Made by a program: the position numbers and the translations under genes | Notes under the pieces: model-generated | What the model was told of the DNA's origin: nothing | Seen by the model: only the letters and a program-made list of their open reading frames with translations | Databases searched by the model: none | Origin: Waddliaceae bacterium | Lineage (GTDB): Bacteria > Chlamydiota > Chlamydiia > Chlamydiales > SLFE01 | Reading direction: 5' to 3' | DNA: 64,000 nt | NCBI GenBank assembly: GCA_963783885.1 | Contig: CAWAPJ010000017.1 | Location: forward strand, 37,791-101,790 | Shown: in pieces, positions 49,373 to 58,349 of the stretch | How the letters are laid out: each line of letters starts with the position of its first letter | Position numbering within the stretch: the first letter of the stretch is position 1

Positions 49373-49882
49373 ATGGATGCTGAAAATCAAGAATCCGGGA
49401 TCGTGAAAATCGGCATGTATCTTTCCGATTATATATCCGGAGTTTCCAACTCTAAAATCTACCAGTTGAGCCGTATTCTTCATAAGCACATGAGCAGGGA
49501 AGTCAAAGAGCGCCTGGAAATGCCGGAGGCCGGTTTTGCTTCGTTCACCGAAAAGCAGCTACACCAATTTCAAGAATATCTTGGGGATAAGAACTTTAAA
49601 GCAGTTGCTGATCTGCTGGTTCAAAAACTTCAAGCTCCACCTAAACAGAGGTCTGCTTCTCAATTTTCTTTTGACTTGGGAAGCGAGGTTCCCGAGGATG
49701 TTCTCAAGACGTTGAATCAGGACGAAGATCATCAATTTCTGATCAATGATCCCGTTGTGGTGAGAAGGGATGACGGTCGGGTGGTGGTCGGTATTGTCTA
49801 TCTTCGCATTGAAGGGAAAATTATCGTTCACATGGGAGATGCGATTAAGTCATTAAGTCCAAAAGATATATGGTATTTTTAA
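49373..49882 (+). CDS. Hypothetical protein
   Basis: 169-aa ORF co-oriented with neighbours; no recognisable motif. Confidence 0.5.
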   Translation: MDAENQESGIVKIGMYLSDYISGVSNSKIYQLSRILHKHMSREVKERLEMPEAGFASFTEKQLHQFQEYLGDKNFKAVADLLVQKLQAPPKQRSASQFSFDLGSEVPEDVLKTLNQDEDHQFLINDPVVVRRDDGRVVVGIVYLRIEGKIIVHMGDAIKSLSPKDIWYF

Positions 49883-49907
49883 GTTTGTTTTTCTATAATT
49901 AGGTTTT

Positions 49908-50714
49908 ATGAAGGAAAAGCACATTAGAAAAATTCATTTGCTTCCGAATTTTTTAACCGCATTCGGCTTGACCTGCGGCCTCTATGTCATATTCAAGTTA
50001 AGTGCGACTCCGGTTGATGAGCTGACCGAAACGTTTTTGACGGTCGCTACGGGATTGCTTGTTCTGGCGGGCATTTTCGACCTTCTCGATGGAGCTGTTG
50101 CGAGGGCTTTGGGAGCGACAAGCGATTTCGGAGGCATTTTCGACTCGCTTGCCGACGCCGTCAGCTTTGGTGTCGCGCCCGCTGTCATTGTTTTAAAAAG
50201 CGTCTCAATCCAAACGGCGACATTCGAGTCTTTTCTGATCACAACAGCGGCGCTGATTTACGCCGTTTGCGGCGTTCTTCGCCTAGTTCGCTTTAGCTCT
50301 CAGTCGAAAGAATCTTCTCTAGAGCCTCTGCCGGCGAAAAGGCACTTTATCGGGCTGCCAATACCCGCTTCTGCCGGAGCTCTGGTTTCCCTGAACTTGT
50401 TTTTATTTTCACATGATTTAAGGACTTACCTTCCCATTTCATCATTTACAAAAGTGCTGCTGCTTAGCTTTTCTATGATACTCCTCGGATATTTTATGGT
50501 AAGTCATCTAAAATTTCCCAGCATTAGGCAGCTTCATTTTCAGGTATCGAGTTTTCAGATGGTTTTTTGGATTGTCCTGGCTGCCGTGACCCTTTTTTAC
50601 GGAATTCTTCATCATTTCGCCGCTATTTTTCTTGCCGTTTGCTGGATGTATATTTTTGTGTCGCTTCTTATTTGCTTCAAACGCCGTTTTTTGGGCGAAA
50701 AGACAGCGTTTTAG
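49908..50714 (+). CDS. pssA: CDP-diacylglycerol--serine O-phosphatidyltransferase
   Basis: LLPNFLT, DLLDGAVAR..SDFGGIFDSLADAVSFGVAP, LRLVRF and FIGLPIP motifs. Confidence 0.92.
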   Translation: MKEKHIRKIHLLPNFLTAFGLTCGLYVIFKLSATPVDELTETFLTVATGLLVLAGIFDLLDGAVARALGATSDFGGIFDSLADAVSFGVAPAVIVLKSVSIQTATFESFLITTAALIYAVCGVLRLVRFSSQSKESSLEPLPAKRHFIGLPIPASAGALVSLNLFLFSHDLRTYLPISSFTKVLLLSFSMILLGYFMVSHLKFPSIRQLHFQVSSFQMVFWIVLAAVTLFYGILHHFAAIFLAVCWMYIFVSLLICFKRRFLGEKTAF

Positions 50715-50784
50715 CCAGGAATTATCTGCCTGAATCTATAGCTTACAATGAGCTGCAAAAAAACGTCTACTGGGGATAAAATAA

Positions 50785-51603
50785 TTATTCTGGATAAGCG
50801 ATGTATTCATCACAAACTATATGATGAATCTTATAGCCTAGTTCTTCGATTTTCTTTTTACTTTGTTGAATTTTAACGGATCTATCAGGTCCAGCGCTGG
50901 CTTTATGACCCATGAGTTCAAAAACTAGGATTGGTCGGTTTTTTTGTATCGTTTCTAAAGCTCCATCCAAAACAAAGTCCTCATAATTTTCTACGTCTAT
51001 TTTTATTAGAGAAACATTTGTCAGATTGAGACTATCGATGGTTATCATGCAAACACTGTCGCCACCAGAGCCTATTTGAGTCGCTCCTTCGTTATTGGGA
51101 TAACTTGGTTTCATCTCTACTTCATCTATTCTCTCTCCAACTGCAGCTCGATAGGCAATCACATTGTTGCAGTTATTCAAAAGCATATTTTGAACTAATT
51201 CGCTAAAAATTTTTCTCTGAGGCTCAAATGCGATCACTATACCATTTTGTCCTACAGCTTTAGAAAGAGTTACCGTATGAGTCCCAATATGAGATCCGAT
51301 ATCTAAAACTACAGAATTTTTTTGGGAATATTTTTTAAGATAATGAGCGACTTCGTCTTCCCAAGGGATGCCTCTTCTTAAAACATTTTTAATGCAGTCA
51401 TCAATAGGATCGATATAAAAACAGCCCAACTCAGTGATATTGACAATGGTGTAATTGTCGAATGGAAAGTAATTAAATAGATATTCATCTTGGGGATCTC
51501 CTATGACAGTGGAACCATCAAAAAAACTCAATTCAGTTGTTGAGATTTTAGTTGTCATGCACAAAAACAAGCATAAGAAAAAAATATAACGTTTCATTTT
51601 CAT
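50785..51603 (-). CDS. FkbM family SAM-dependent methyltransferase
   Basis: VLDIGSHIG, AFEPQ and LIKIDVEN motifs; hydrophobic N-terminus; AT-rich. Confidence 0.88.
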   Translation of the reverse strand: MKMKRYIFFLCLFLCMTTKISTTELSFFDGSTVIGDPQDEYLFNYFPFDNYTIVNITELGCFYIDPIDDCIKNVLRRGIPWEDEVAHYLKKYSQKNSVVLDIGSHIGTHTVTLSKAVGQNGIVIAFEPQRKIFSELVQNMLLNNCNNVIAYRAAVGERIDEVEMKPSYPNNEGATQIGSGGDSVCMITIDSLNLTNVSLIKIDVENYEDFVLDGALETIQKNRPILVFELMGHKASAGPDRSVKIQQSKKKIEELGYKIHHIVCDEYIAYPE

Positions 51604-51725
51604 TTATCTCTTTTAGTTGCGTTTGAACATATACATACTTATTTTTAGATTTTAAGGCAAGTATAAGTTGTTTATACCTGAAATTTAAGGCGGATATGCC
51701 AATTTTATCTTCTTCCGAGTAAGTG

Positions 51726-52340
51726 TTAATAAGCCCTGATGAGGCCTGCAAGAACGCCTTGAACTTTTACGAGATTTTGATTGATTGTGATGGAATCGAT
51801 GTTTTGATTGCGGCTGACGAGTTCAATTGTGTCGCCGTTAAAAAATATCTGCTTGATAAAAGGAAGGCCGCCCATTGAAACAAGAGCCGTTTCTCCGTCA
51901 TCGACATCATGCTTGGCTTCAATGATCAGAAGATCTCCATCGTCGATCAGCTCTTCCTGGAGGCTAAATCCCTTTGCTTTGATCACATAACTTGATTCAG
52001 GATTCCGGACGAGTCTGGCGGGAACAGTGATTGATTTGGCGTCATGAAAAAGCTCCAGGGCTTCTCCCGATGAAATCATGCCGATATAAGATAAACAGCA
52101 GGTAGTGCCGCAATTCTCTGACGGAGATTCATCAATGAGTGAAATCGATCGTCTTGAGTGGTTCAAAAATTCGATAAGCCCTTTTTTTTGCAGGGCTTTT
52201 AAGTGGTCCGATACCGTTGCCAGTGAAGAGAAGCCAAAGTGCTTCATGATCTCGCGGTAACTCGGAGAATAGCCTTTTTTTTGAATAAAGGACCTGATAA
52301 ATTCAACAATTTCAGACTGTCTTTCTGTAAGGCCTTTCAC
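51726..52340 (-). CDS. lexA: LexA family repressor
   Basis: LTERQ..I..FI...GYSPSYREI..HFGFSS.ATV..HL.AL..KG winged HTH plus S24 domain (GFSL..ELIDDGD, FIKQ). Likely start GTG 52340. Confidence 0.88.
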   Translation of the reverse strand: MKGLTERQSEIVEFIRSFIQKKGYSPSYREIMKHFGFSSLATVSDHLKALQKKGLIEFLNHSRRSISLIDESPSENCGTTCCLSYIGMISSGEALELFHDAKSITVPARLVRNPESSYVIKAKGFSLQEELIDDGDLLIIEAKHDVDDGETALVSMGGLPFIKQIFFNGDTIELVSRNQNIDSITINQNLVKVQGVLAGLIRAY

Positions 52341-53007
52341 AAAATAACATCCAATCAAGAGTTAAGGCGACCCACCAGGTAATCAGGGCGGAGATCATGA
52401 CGTCGCTAAAAAAGTGCCCCCCTTGGGCAATTCGGGTCAGTCCAAGCACGCCCCCAAGACCAAAAGCGAGGCAATATCCCAAAATTTCAAGCTTCCGATT
52501 CTTCAGCCGCCTTCCCAGCACTGCCAGGGCAAAAAAATAAAAACCCATCGAGGCGTGGCCGCTTGGCATGGACTTATATTTGTCTGATTTCTCTTGGTAA
52601 AAATCGGGGGAATAGAAAGAGCGGTAAGGGACAATGCCCCCAAAATTTTCAATTTGTCTGGGTCTGGGGCGTCCCCAGCCCGGTTTTAAAAGGACATTGA
52701 TGATCAAGCCTGGCCCGATGATCATTGCTAAAACCAGCATTAGGCATTTGTCTTTGTGTTTTATCAGTGATTTTCTAAAATAAGAAGCTATCAGGATGAT
52801 GAGTGCGCCTCCGGAGACCAGGAAGCCGGGCAACTGAGCGAAATCGAAAATAAACTGGTAAAACCCATTATTTGTAAACTTGTTCCTGGCAGAATCATAA
52901 AAATATGATGAAGCTTGCAAGTCGATATAAGGGGTAAGCGGTGCTAGGATTAAAAACAGCAGAAGGGGTGTCAGCCATCTTTTATTTCGTATGAAAAATT
53001 CATTCAT
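52312..53007 (-). CDS. PAP2 family membrane phosphatase
   Basis: K.GWGRPRP, SMPSGH and RIAQGGHFFSDV catalytic motifs. Confidence 0.9.
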   Translation of the reverse strand: MNEFFIRNKRWLTPLLLFLILAPLTPYIDLQASSYFYDSARNKFTNNGFYQFIFDFAQLPGFLVSGGALIILIASYFRKSLIKHKDKCLMLVLAMIIGPGLIINVLLKPGWGRPRPRQIENFGGIVPYRSFYSPDFYQEKSDKYKSMPSGHASMGFYFFALAVLGRRLKNRKLEILGYCLAFGLGGVLGLTRIAQGGHFFSDVMISALITWWVALTLDWMLFCERPYRKTV

Positions 53008-53681
53008 GCTGTGACCGCCGAGGTGGATTTAATAAATTGTTTACTTGCCTTCACACACAGATAAAATACCGGTATATTGACAAGGGTAAAAAATGCTTTA
53101 AATAAGTAGCTATACAAGCTGATGAGAAGGACGATTTCCAGATCCAGCTTTAATCCGCAATATAAAAAGAGGACATTCACAACAAGTGTATCAATAATTT
53201 GCGACACCCAGGTGGACACACCGTTGCGCAGCCATAAATGCCTACCCTTTGTCAGTTCTTTTAAAAATCCAAAGAGGCGGATATCGAGGATTTGGGACAA
53301 TCCATACGCGATTAAAGAGCTGATCAAAGCTATTCCGTTCAGTCCGAAAATTGCAGAAAAAGAGTTTTGGAAAAAATCGGGATCCTCATAGCCGTTTGGG
53401 TGGGGGGGCAGCTTGATTGCAATCATTAGGATCAACTGGGAGAGTATGCAGAGGGAAAAGCCCAGATAAACCATGAGCCTTGCTTTTGGGCTTCCGAAAA
53501 TTTCGGTCACAAGGTCGGCAATGAGAAACGTGAAAGGAAAAAGAATCAGTCCGCAAGGTATGGCGACAGACGGGAAAAAGGGCAAAGCGATCAATTTGAC
53601 AGTGATCAAATTTGCCATGAAAATAATTACAACATAGAGGCAGGCAAAAATTAAATAAAGCAATTCTTTTCTTGAAAACAT
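53004..53681 (-). CDS. yhhQ: Queuosine precursor transporter (YhhQ/VUT family)
   Basis: ANLITVK, GLILFPFTFLIADLVTEIFG, SLIAY.LSQ.LD and LWLRN..ST.VSQIIDT motifs; likely ATG 53681. Confidence 0.88.
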   Translation of the reverse strand: MFSRKELLYLIFACLYVVIIFMANLITVKLIALPFFPSVAIPCGLILFPFTFLIADLVTEIFGSPKARLMVYLGFSLCILSQLILMIAIKLPPHPNGYEDPDFFQNSFSAIFGLNGIALISSLIAYGLSQILDIRLFGFLKELTKGRHLWLRNGVSTWVSQIIDTLVVNVLFLYCGLKLDLEIVLLISLYSYLFKAFFTLVNIPVFYLCVKASKQFIKSTSAVTA

Positions 53682-53701
53682 AAGTGTCAATTATAGACGA
53701 T

Positions 53702-53730
53702 TTGACCCTTATTTGTAAAAGTGATATGCT
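53702..53730 (+). promoter_or_regulatory. Putative sigma66 promoter (duplicated at 54524-54552)
   Basis: TTGACC-17-TATGCT (second copy TTGACC-17-TAAGCT), each followed by GGAGG and a GTG/TTG codon 6 nt later. Confidence 0.6.
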
Positions 53731-53755
53731 CATCTCCAAATTATGGAGGCTTCCG

Positions 53756-54427
53756 GTGCAAATCACATTTCCGAAAACGCCCCCTTTAGCCGAGACCAAA
53801 TGCCATCATGTTTTTAGCCGGGACTGGCTGGCGCAATTTATTGAAGATAATGCTGCCTGTCCTGAATGTTCACAAACTCTTTCCATTTGGGATATAACAC
53901 CAATTTCCACTACGCCTTCAACAATCCGAAGAATCATTCAAGGCTCAGGGATCTTTTATATAATGACCCTTTTGAATGTCGCTCATGTGTTTTATTCAAT
54001 GAGTGAATACATGAAATCAGATTGCCTAAATGATCATTCACCATTATGTCCGTCAAGAAAACTGGCTATAAAATCCATGGCATTATGGAGTTCTTGGAGT
54101 GTTACTTCGTTACTGGGAAGCCATGCATATTTATTTCCAATAAACCTTAAAAGAATCTCCGGACGAAGCAGGCTTTTAATTAATCTGGGAATCATTTCGA
54201 CTACACTTGCTAATTATCTATGCCTTTCCGAAACAGTCCGGGAAAATCAAACAGCAGCTCCTATGGTCGTTTATGATTTGGGATTGATGACAATGGCAGC
54301 CGGACTGATTTTGCATGACAGGCATTGTCATATAAGACAATTAAGGTTATTTGGGATATTTGCTCTCTCTTTTGGTTTTATGTTACTAGCCAACCTCGCC
54401 CTTTGGTTTCACGCGAACGATATTTGA
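53756..54427 (+). CDS. U-box/RING-like domain protein with about 4-5 C-terminal TM helices (copy 1)
   Basis: QITF..PLAETKCHHVFSRDWLAQFIEDNAACPECSQTLSIWDITP resembles U-box/SP-RING consensus; start placed at GTG after GGAGG (ORF is open from 53684). Confidence 0.65.
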   Translation: MQITFPKTPPLAETKCHHVFSRDWLAQFIEDNAACPECSQTLSIWDITPISTTPSTIRRIIQGSGIFYIMTLLNVAHVFYSMSEYMKSDCLNDHSPLCPSRKLAIKSMALWSSWSVTSLLGSHAYLFPINLKRISGRSRLLINLGIISTTLANYLCLSETVRENQTAAPMVVYDLGLMTMAAGLILHDRHCHIRQLRLFGIFALSFGFMLLANLALWFHANDI

Positions 54428-54577
54428 TCGTCTAAAAACATAAGTCTTTTAATATCATTAATAAATCTTTTATATGAAAGATGAACGCTCTTCTTTAAAA
54501 CATAAGTATCGATTACAGCCGATTTGACCCTTACTTGTAAAAGTGATAAGCTCATCTCCAAATTATGGAGGTTTCCG

Positions 54578-55252
54578 TTGCAAATCGCATTTCCAAAAAC
54601 TCCCCCTTTAGCCGAGACCAAGTGCCGTCATGTTTTTAGCCGGGATTGGCTGGCACAATATATTCAAGATCATGCCGCTTGTCCTGAATGTTCACAAACT
54701 CTTTCCATTCGGGATATAACACCAATTTCCTCAATACCTTTAACAATGCAAAGATTTTTTTTGAATCGTGGCGTCTTCTACATAATGTTCGGATTCAATT
54801 TAGCGCCTATCTTTTATTCTCTCATTAAATTTGACCCCTCGGATTGTCCGAATGGTCCTTTATCACCATGCCCGGCGAAAAGACTGGGTTATGAGTCCAT
54901 AGCATTATGGTTGTCGTGGACTGTAATTTCATTCCTGGGAAGCTGTGCAAATTTAATTATTCTATACCCTGAGAGAATCTCCGGACAGAACAAGCTTTTA
55001 ATTAACCTAGGAATCATTTCGACTACACTTGCTAATTACCTATGCCTTTCCGAAACGGTCCAGAAAAATCCAACAGCAGCTCCTTTGGCCATTTATGATC
55101 TTGGATTGATAACAACGGCAGCCGGACTGATTTTGCATGACGGACACTGTGATATAAGACAAATGAGGTTATTTGGGATATTTTCTCTCTCCTTTGGTTT
55201 TATGTTGCTGGCCAACTTCGCCTTTTTGTTTCATGCATACGATATTCAATAA
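54578..55252 (+). CDS. U-box/RING-like domain protein with about 4-5 C-terminal TM helices (copy 2)
   Basis: Tandem paralog: KCRHVFSRDWLAQYIQDHAACPECSQTLSIRDITP; start placed at TTG after GGAGG (ORF is open from 54524). Confidence 0.65.
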   Translation: MQIAFPKTPPLAETKCRHVFSRDWLAQYIQDHAACPECSQTLSIRDITPISSIPLTMQRFFLNRGVFYIMFGFNLAPIFYSLIKFDPSDCPNGPLSPCPAKRLGYESIALWLSWTVISFLGSCANLIILYPERISGQNKLLINLGIISTTLANYLCLSETVQKNPTAAPLAIYDLGLITTAAGLILHDGHCDIRQMRLFGIFSLSFGFMLLANFAFLFHAYDIQ

Positions 55253-55421
55253 TCAAAAATCATTTGGTGAAATCTAAGACATTTAATATCAATAATATAA
55301 GTTTTATAGAAAAGATGAATACGCTTCTTTCAATGGTAACAAAAATTTTAAAATGTTAAAATAAAAATAAGAGAAAGTTCTAATTTAATAATAATAAGCT
55401 AATTTAATAAGAAGATTTGTT

Positions 55422-57164
55422 GTGGTTAATCCTGTCTCAAATAATCAGACGCCTTCAACGGGTAGAAGCTCTGAGGCTGATCAAATTTATCAAAAATATT
55501 TGACATACTATAATGATATCAATGATGTCATTAATGCCGTGAATCAAATTCCATCTACTTCGATCAGTTCCACGCAAAGGGCTGATTACATTAATCAATT
55601 AGTTGCTTTGCAAGAGCAATTATATCCTATCTATCAAAACCAATATAACAACTCTAGCGCTACTTTAGAAACCTTCGAGAACGCATGTTCAGATATAGGA
55701 GACCAAGCAACGCAAATTTATGATGACGTGACAAATACATATTCAACATCATCAAGTTCTTCACCGATTAATGTTTTTTCAAATGAAGTAGCTAATTCAT
55801 CAGGATCATCATCGACATCCTCTTCAGGGAGTTCCAGTACCGATTCATCATCAACGAGTGGCACAACCACGTCCACGAGTTCTACGACATCCAGCGGAAG
55901 AAGTCCGGATGCAGATCAAATTTACAGCCAATACTTAAGTTATTACAATGATATTAACTCAAAAATTAATTCTATAAACCAATTGCCGTATTCCACACTC
56001 AATCAATCTAATGTGATAAATGATAAAAAAGAATTGGCGGCTCTTCAACAGCAGCTTTATCCTATTTATGTGAGTCAATATGGAAATTCTACGGCGACCT
56101 TATCAACTTTCCAGGATGCCTGTGCAGATATTGAAACCCAGGTCGCGCAGTTTTATAATGATGCACTAGGAGCTTCTCAAGGTGAAACATCCAACACAGG
56201 ATCTTCTTCGGGAATCAGCGGCACAACAAGCTCTGGTTCTACGACGGGTTCTACCGGCTCTACAGGAACAACAGGCACGACCGGTGTAACCCCGGTAACT
56301 CAACAGTCATCTTTAGCTAATAAAGTTGAAAATGGCACTTGGTATGTCGATTGGACTAGCTGGAACACCCCCATTCCTGAAGGGGTGAATACTGTGAATC
56401 TTTTTGTCGGAAATATGTCCTTAGATGCTAATGGGAATCCAACTATAGGGGGTTTTGGAACCCTGTCGCAAAATCCTGATCAAATGGACCAGTTTATTCA
56501 AGAATGCCATGCTAAGGGAATTAATGTGAAATTTTCCTTGGGAGGAAGCGGGGGTTCTTATGATAACACTTGGGATGTATTAACAAACAATAATGTTCAA
56601 TCTTTTGCACAAGCTTTGTCAGACTTTTGCCAGACTCACCAATTTGATGGGGTCGATTTTGACTGCGAGGAATTCACTTCAGCAAATGACAACCCGGCAA
56701 AGCAAGCGCTTGTCGGTACATTGATCAAGGATTTTAAAACAATTAACCCTGACTACCAGACAAGCCTGGATACCAATGCCGGATTTGGAACCAATTTCCC
56801 ATGGCAAGGAGTTGTTCAGAACATTTTGAATGCCTCTCTCTACACCGATCCATCGACAGGGGAAACAGCATGCGGCGTCGACCGTTTATATATTATGTCC
56901 TATTTCAACAGCATGTCTGATGAACAAAATTGGGTCAATGGATGGGCTGATTGGATGAAGACTAACTATAACTTCACTCCTTCTCAAATTACTGTTGGGT
57001 TGGATCCTGCTGCAAACGCCTATGATTCAAACGCTTTTGCCTCCTGGGCTGCAAGCCAAGGGTATAGCACTTCTTATTGGGATTATGATCCAAGCAATCC
57101 CACGCAGTCAAATGCAATAGCCAATGGAATTCTAAATGCTTATAATAGCTCAGAGGCTGCTTAG
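55422..57164 (+). CDS. Glycoside hydrolase family 18 (chitinase-like) protein with two N-terminal ~90-aa repeats and Ser/Thr linkers
   Basis: KFSLGG and FDGVDFDCE (DxxDxDxE), YIMSY, SYW; repeats at about 55461-55730 and 55896-56165. Confidence 0.85.
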   Translation: MVNPVSNNQTPSTGRSSEADQIYQKYLTYYNDINDVINAVNQIPSTSISSTQRADYINQLVALQEQLYPIYQNQYNNSSATLETFENACSDIGDQATQIYDDVTNTYSTSSSSSPINVFSNEVANSSGSSSTSSSGSSSTDSSSTSGTTTSTSSTTSSGRSPDADQIYSQYLSYYNDINSKINSINQLPYSTLNQSNVINDKKELAALQQQLYPIYVSQYGNSTATLSTFQDACADIETQVAQFYNDALGASQGETSNTGSSSGISGTTSSGSTTGSTGSTGTTGTTGVTPVTQQSSLANKVENGTWYVDWTSWNTPIPEGVNTVNLFVGNMSLDANGNPTIGGFGTLSQNPDQMDQFIQECHAKGINVKFSLGGSGGSYDNTWDVLTNNNVQSFAQALSDFCQTHQFDGVDFDCEEFTSANDNPAKQALVGTLIKDFKTINPDYQTSLDTNAGFGTNFPWQGVVQNILNASLYTDPSTGETACGVDRLYIMSYFNSMSDEQNWVNGWADWMKTNYNFTPSQITVGLDPAANAYDSNAFASWAASQGYSTSYWDYDPSNPTQSNAIANGILNAYNSSEAA

Positions 57165-57340
57165 CCCGGCTCTAATTGTCTGATTTAAATCATTTATAAC
57201 TAAATTTTATTCCACTCACCCGGATATCTTGCGGGGAGCTATTCCTTAAAAATTTTAGTCGCAAATAGAATAAATCAATCTTTATTATTTTTTAATTAAT
57301 TGGACTTAAACTGATTAGAAAGTGATCAGGAGGTGATCTT

Positions 57341-58349
57341 ATGAATTGTGCTGCAGATATCAGTGTTGGTTTCCTTAATCTCGATCCTGCTCAAAGGGAA
57401 ACCCTGACTCATTGTATTATCAATTATTCACAAAATTCCCAGGGAATCCGCGCCCGAGTCATTTACCTTTTTTATATGGTACTTGAAAATGGCAAAATGT
57501 TGTTTGGGTGCTCAACTCGGGAAAATGCCGTAAAAGCGCTGGAAGCTAAGAGCTATAAGGTAATTCCTGTAGAGGTTCTTTATTTTTGCCGGAAAACACT
57601 GTAAGAAAGGCCAGTGAAGTCGGTGTCGATACTTTAATTAAAATGAACCGTCTCCCGCTCCCCCGGATTCCGCGAATTGCTGTTGATTTCATAACTTCGG
57701 AAGTCAATCTCGAGCAAATCTTTGCAACTCACTCAACAGCTGATTCAAGAGCTCTGTTGTCATGCTTAAGTATGAACAACAGCCAGCTTGGTTTAAGCAG
57801 GAACTAAGACATTAAGTAATTGGACGCGCCTGTTTTAAGGAAAAGGCCTTGTGAGGTCAATCGTTGCACAGGCTGTAGCGAACACCTTAGTTGAAAAAGC
57901 TCTAATCTCTTCTAGCTACGTTATAGGAGGAGGTACCGGAATACTAGTACCCTATCAACTTTGTATTGATAAGTGAGACTCGATCTTTTCGCAACTGCCA
58001 TTGCGTTCGATCTCGGAAACTTGACTAAGTTTCCTTCGATCTCCACTTCGGCAGTCACAAAAATCTCATCGTCTCACTTATCAATGCAAAGTTGATAGGG
58101 TACTAGCCACAATTGGTCTTAATCTTTTATTGCAATATTACTTTCAATCTAATGAGACAAATGAGGCAGCTGATAAAGCAAATGGATTCAAACTTGATAA
58201 GCTTGAGGACTTGAAACCTTTAAAAGGAGAAAAAGAGGTTCTATACTTTTCTTATTTACATAGCGCTTAAGGGTAAGGAAGTTATTGAAAACAATGATTT
58301 TGCAAAAGCATTGCAAGATGTAAGAAATCATTACCATGAAGAAGTATAA
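57341..58349 (+). pseudogene. Fragmented membrane-protein gene(s) interrupted by a MITE and by frameshifts/stops
   Basis: AGGAGG-ATG at 57341; short overlapping ORFs; removing the 57947-58103 element joins ..YVIGGGTGIL to ATIGLNLLLQYYFQSNE.. in frame. Some breaks may be sequencing errors near the fold-back. Confidence 0.45.
57947..58103. mobile_element. 157-bp MITE-like palindromic element inserted at CTAG (TA or CTAG duplication)
   Basis: TIR GTACCCTATCAACTTTGTATTGATAAGTGAGAC / GTCTCACTTATCAATGCAAAGTTGATAGGGTAC (32/33), central hairpin GGAAACTT-GACT-AAGTTTCC; CTAG on both sides. Confidence 0.8.

Noticed and set aside
53684-53755. Longer N-terminus for the first RING-like gene
   Set aside because: It would start 2 bp from the divergent yhhQ start, the GTG is GTA in the paralog, and the stretch contains a conserved promoter and RBS pointing to GTG 53756.
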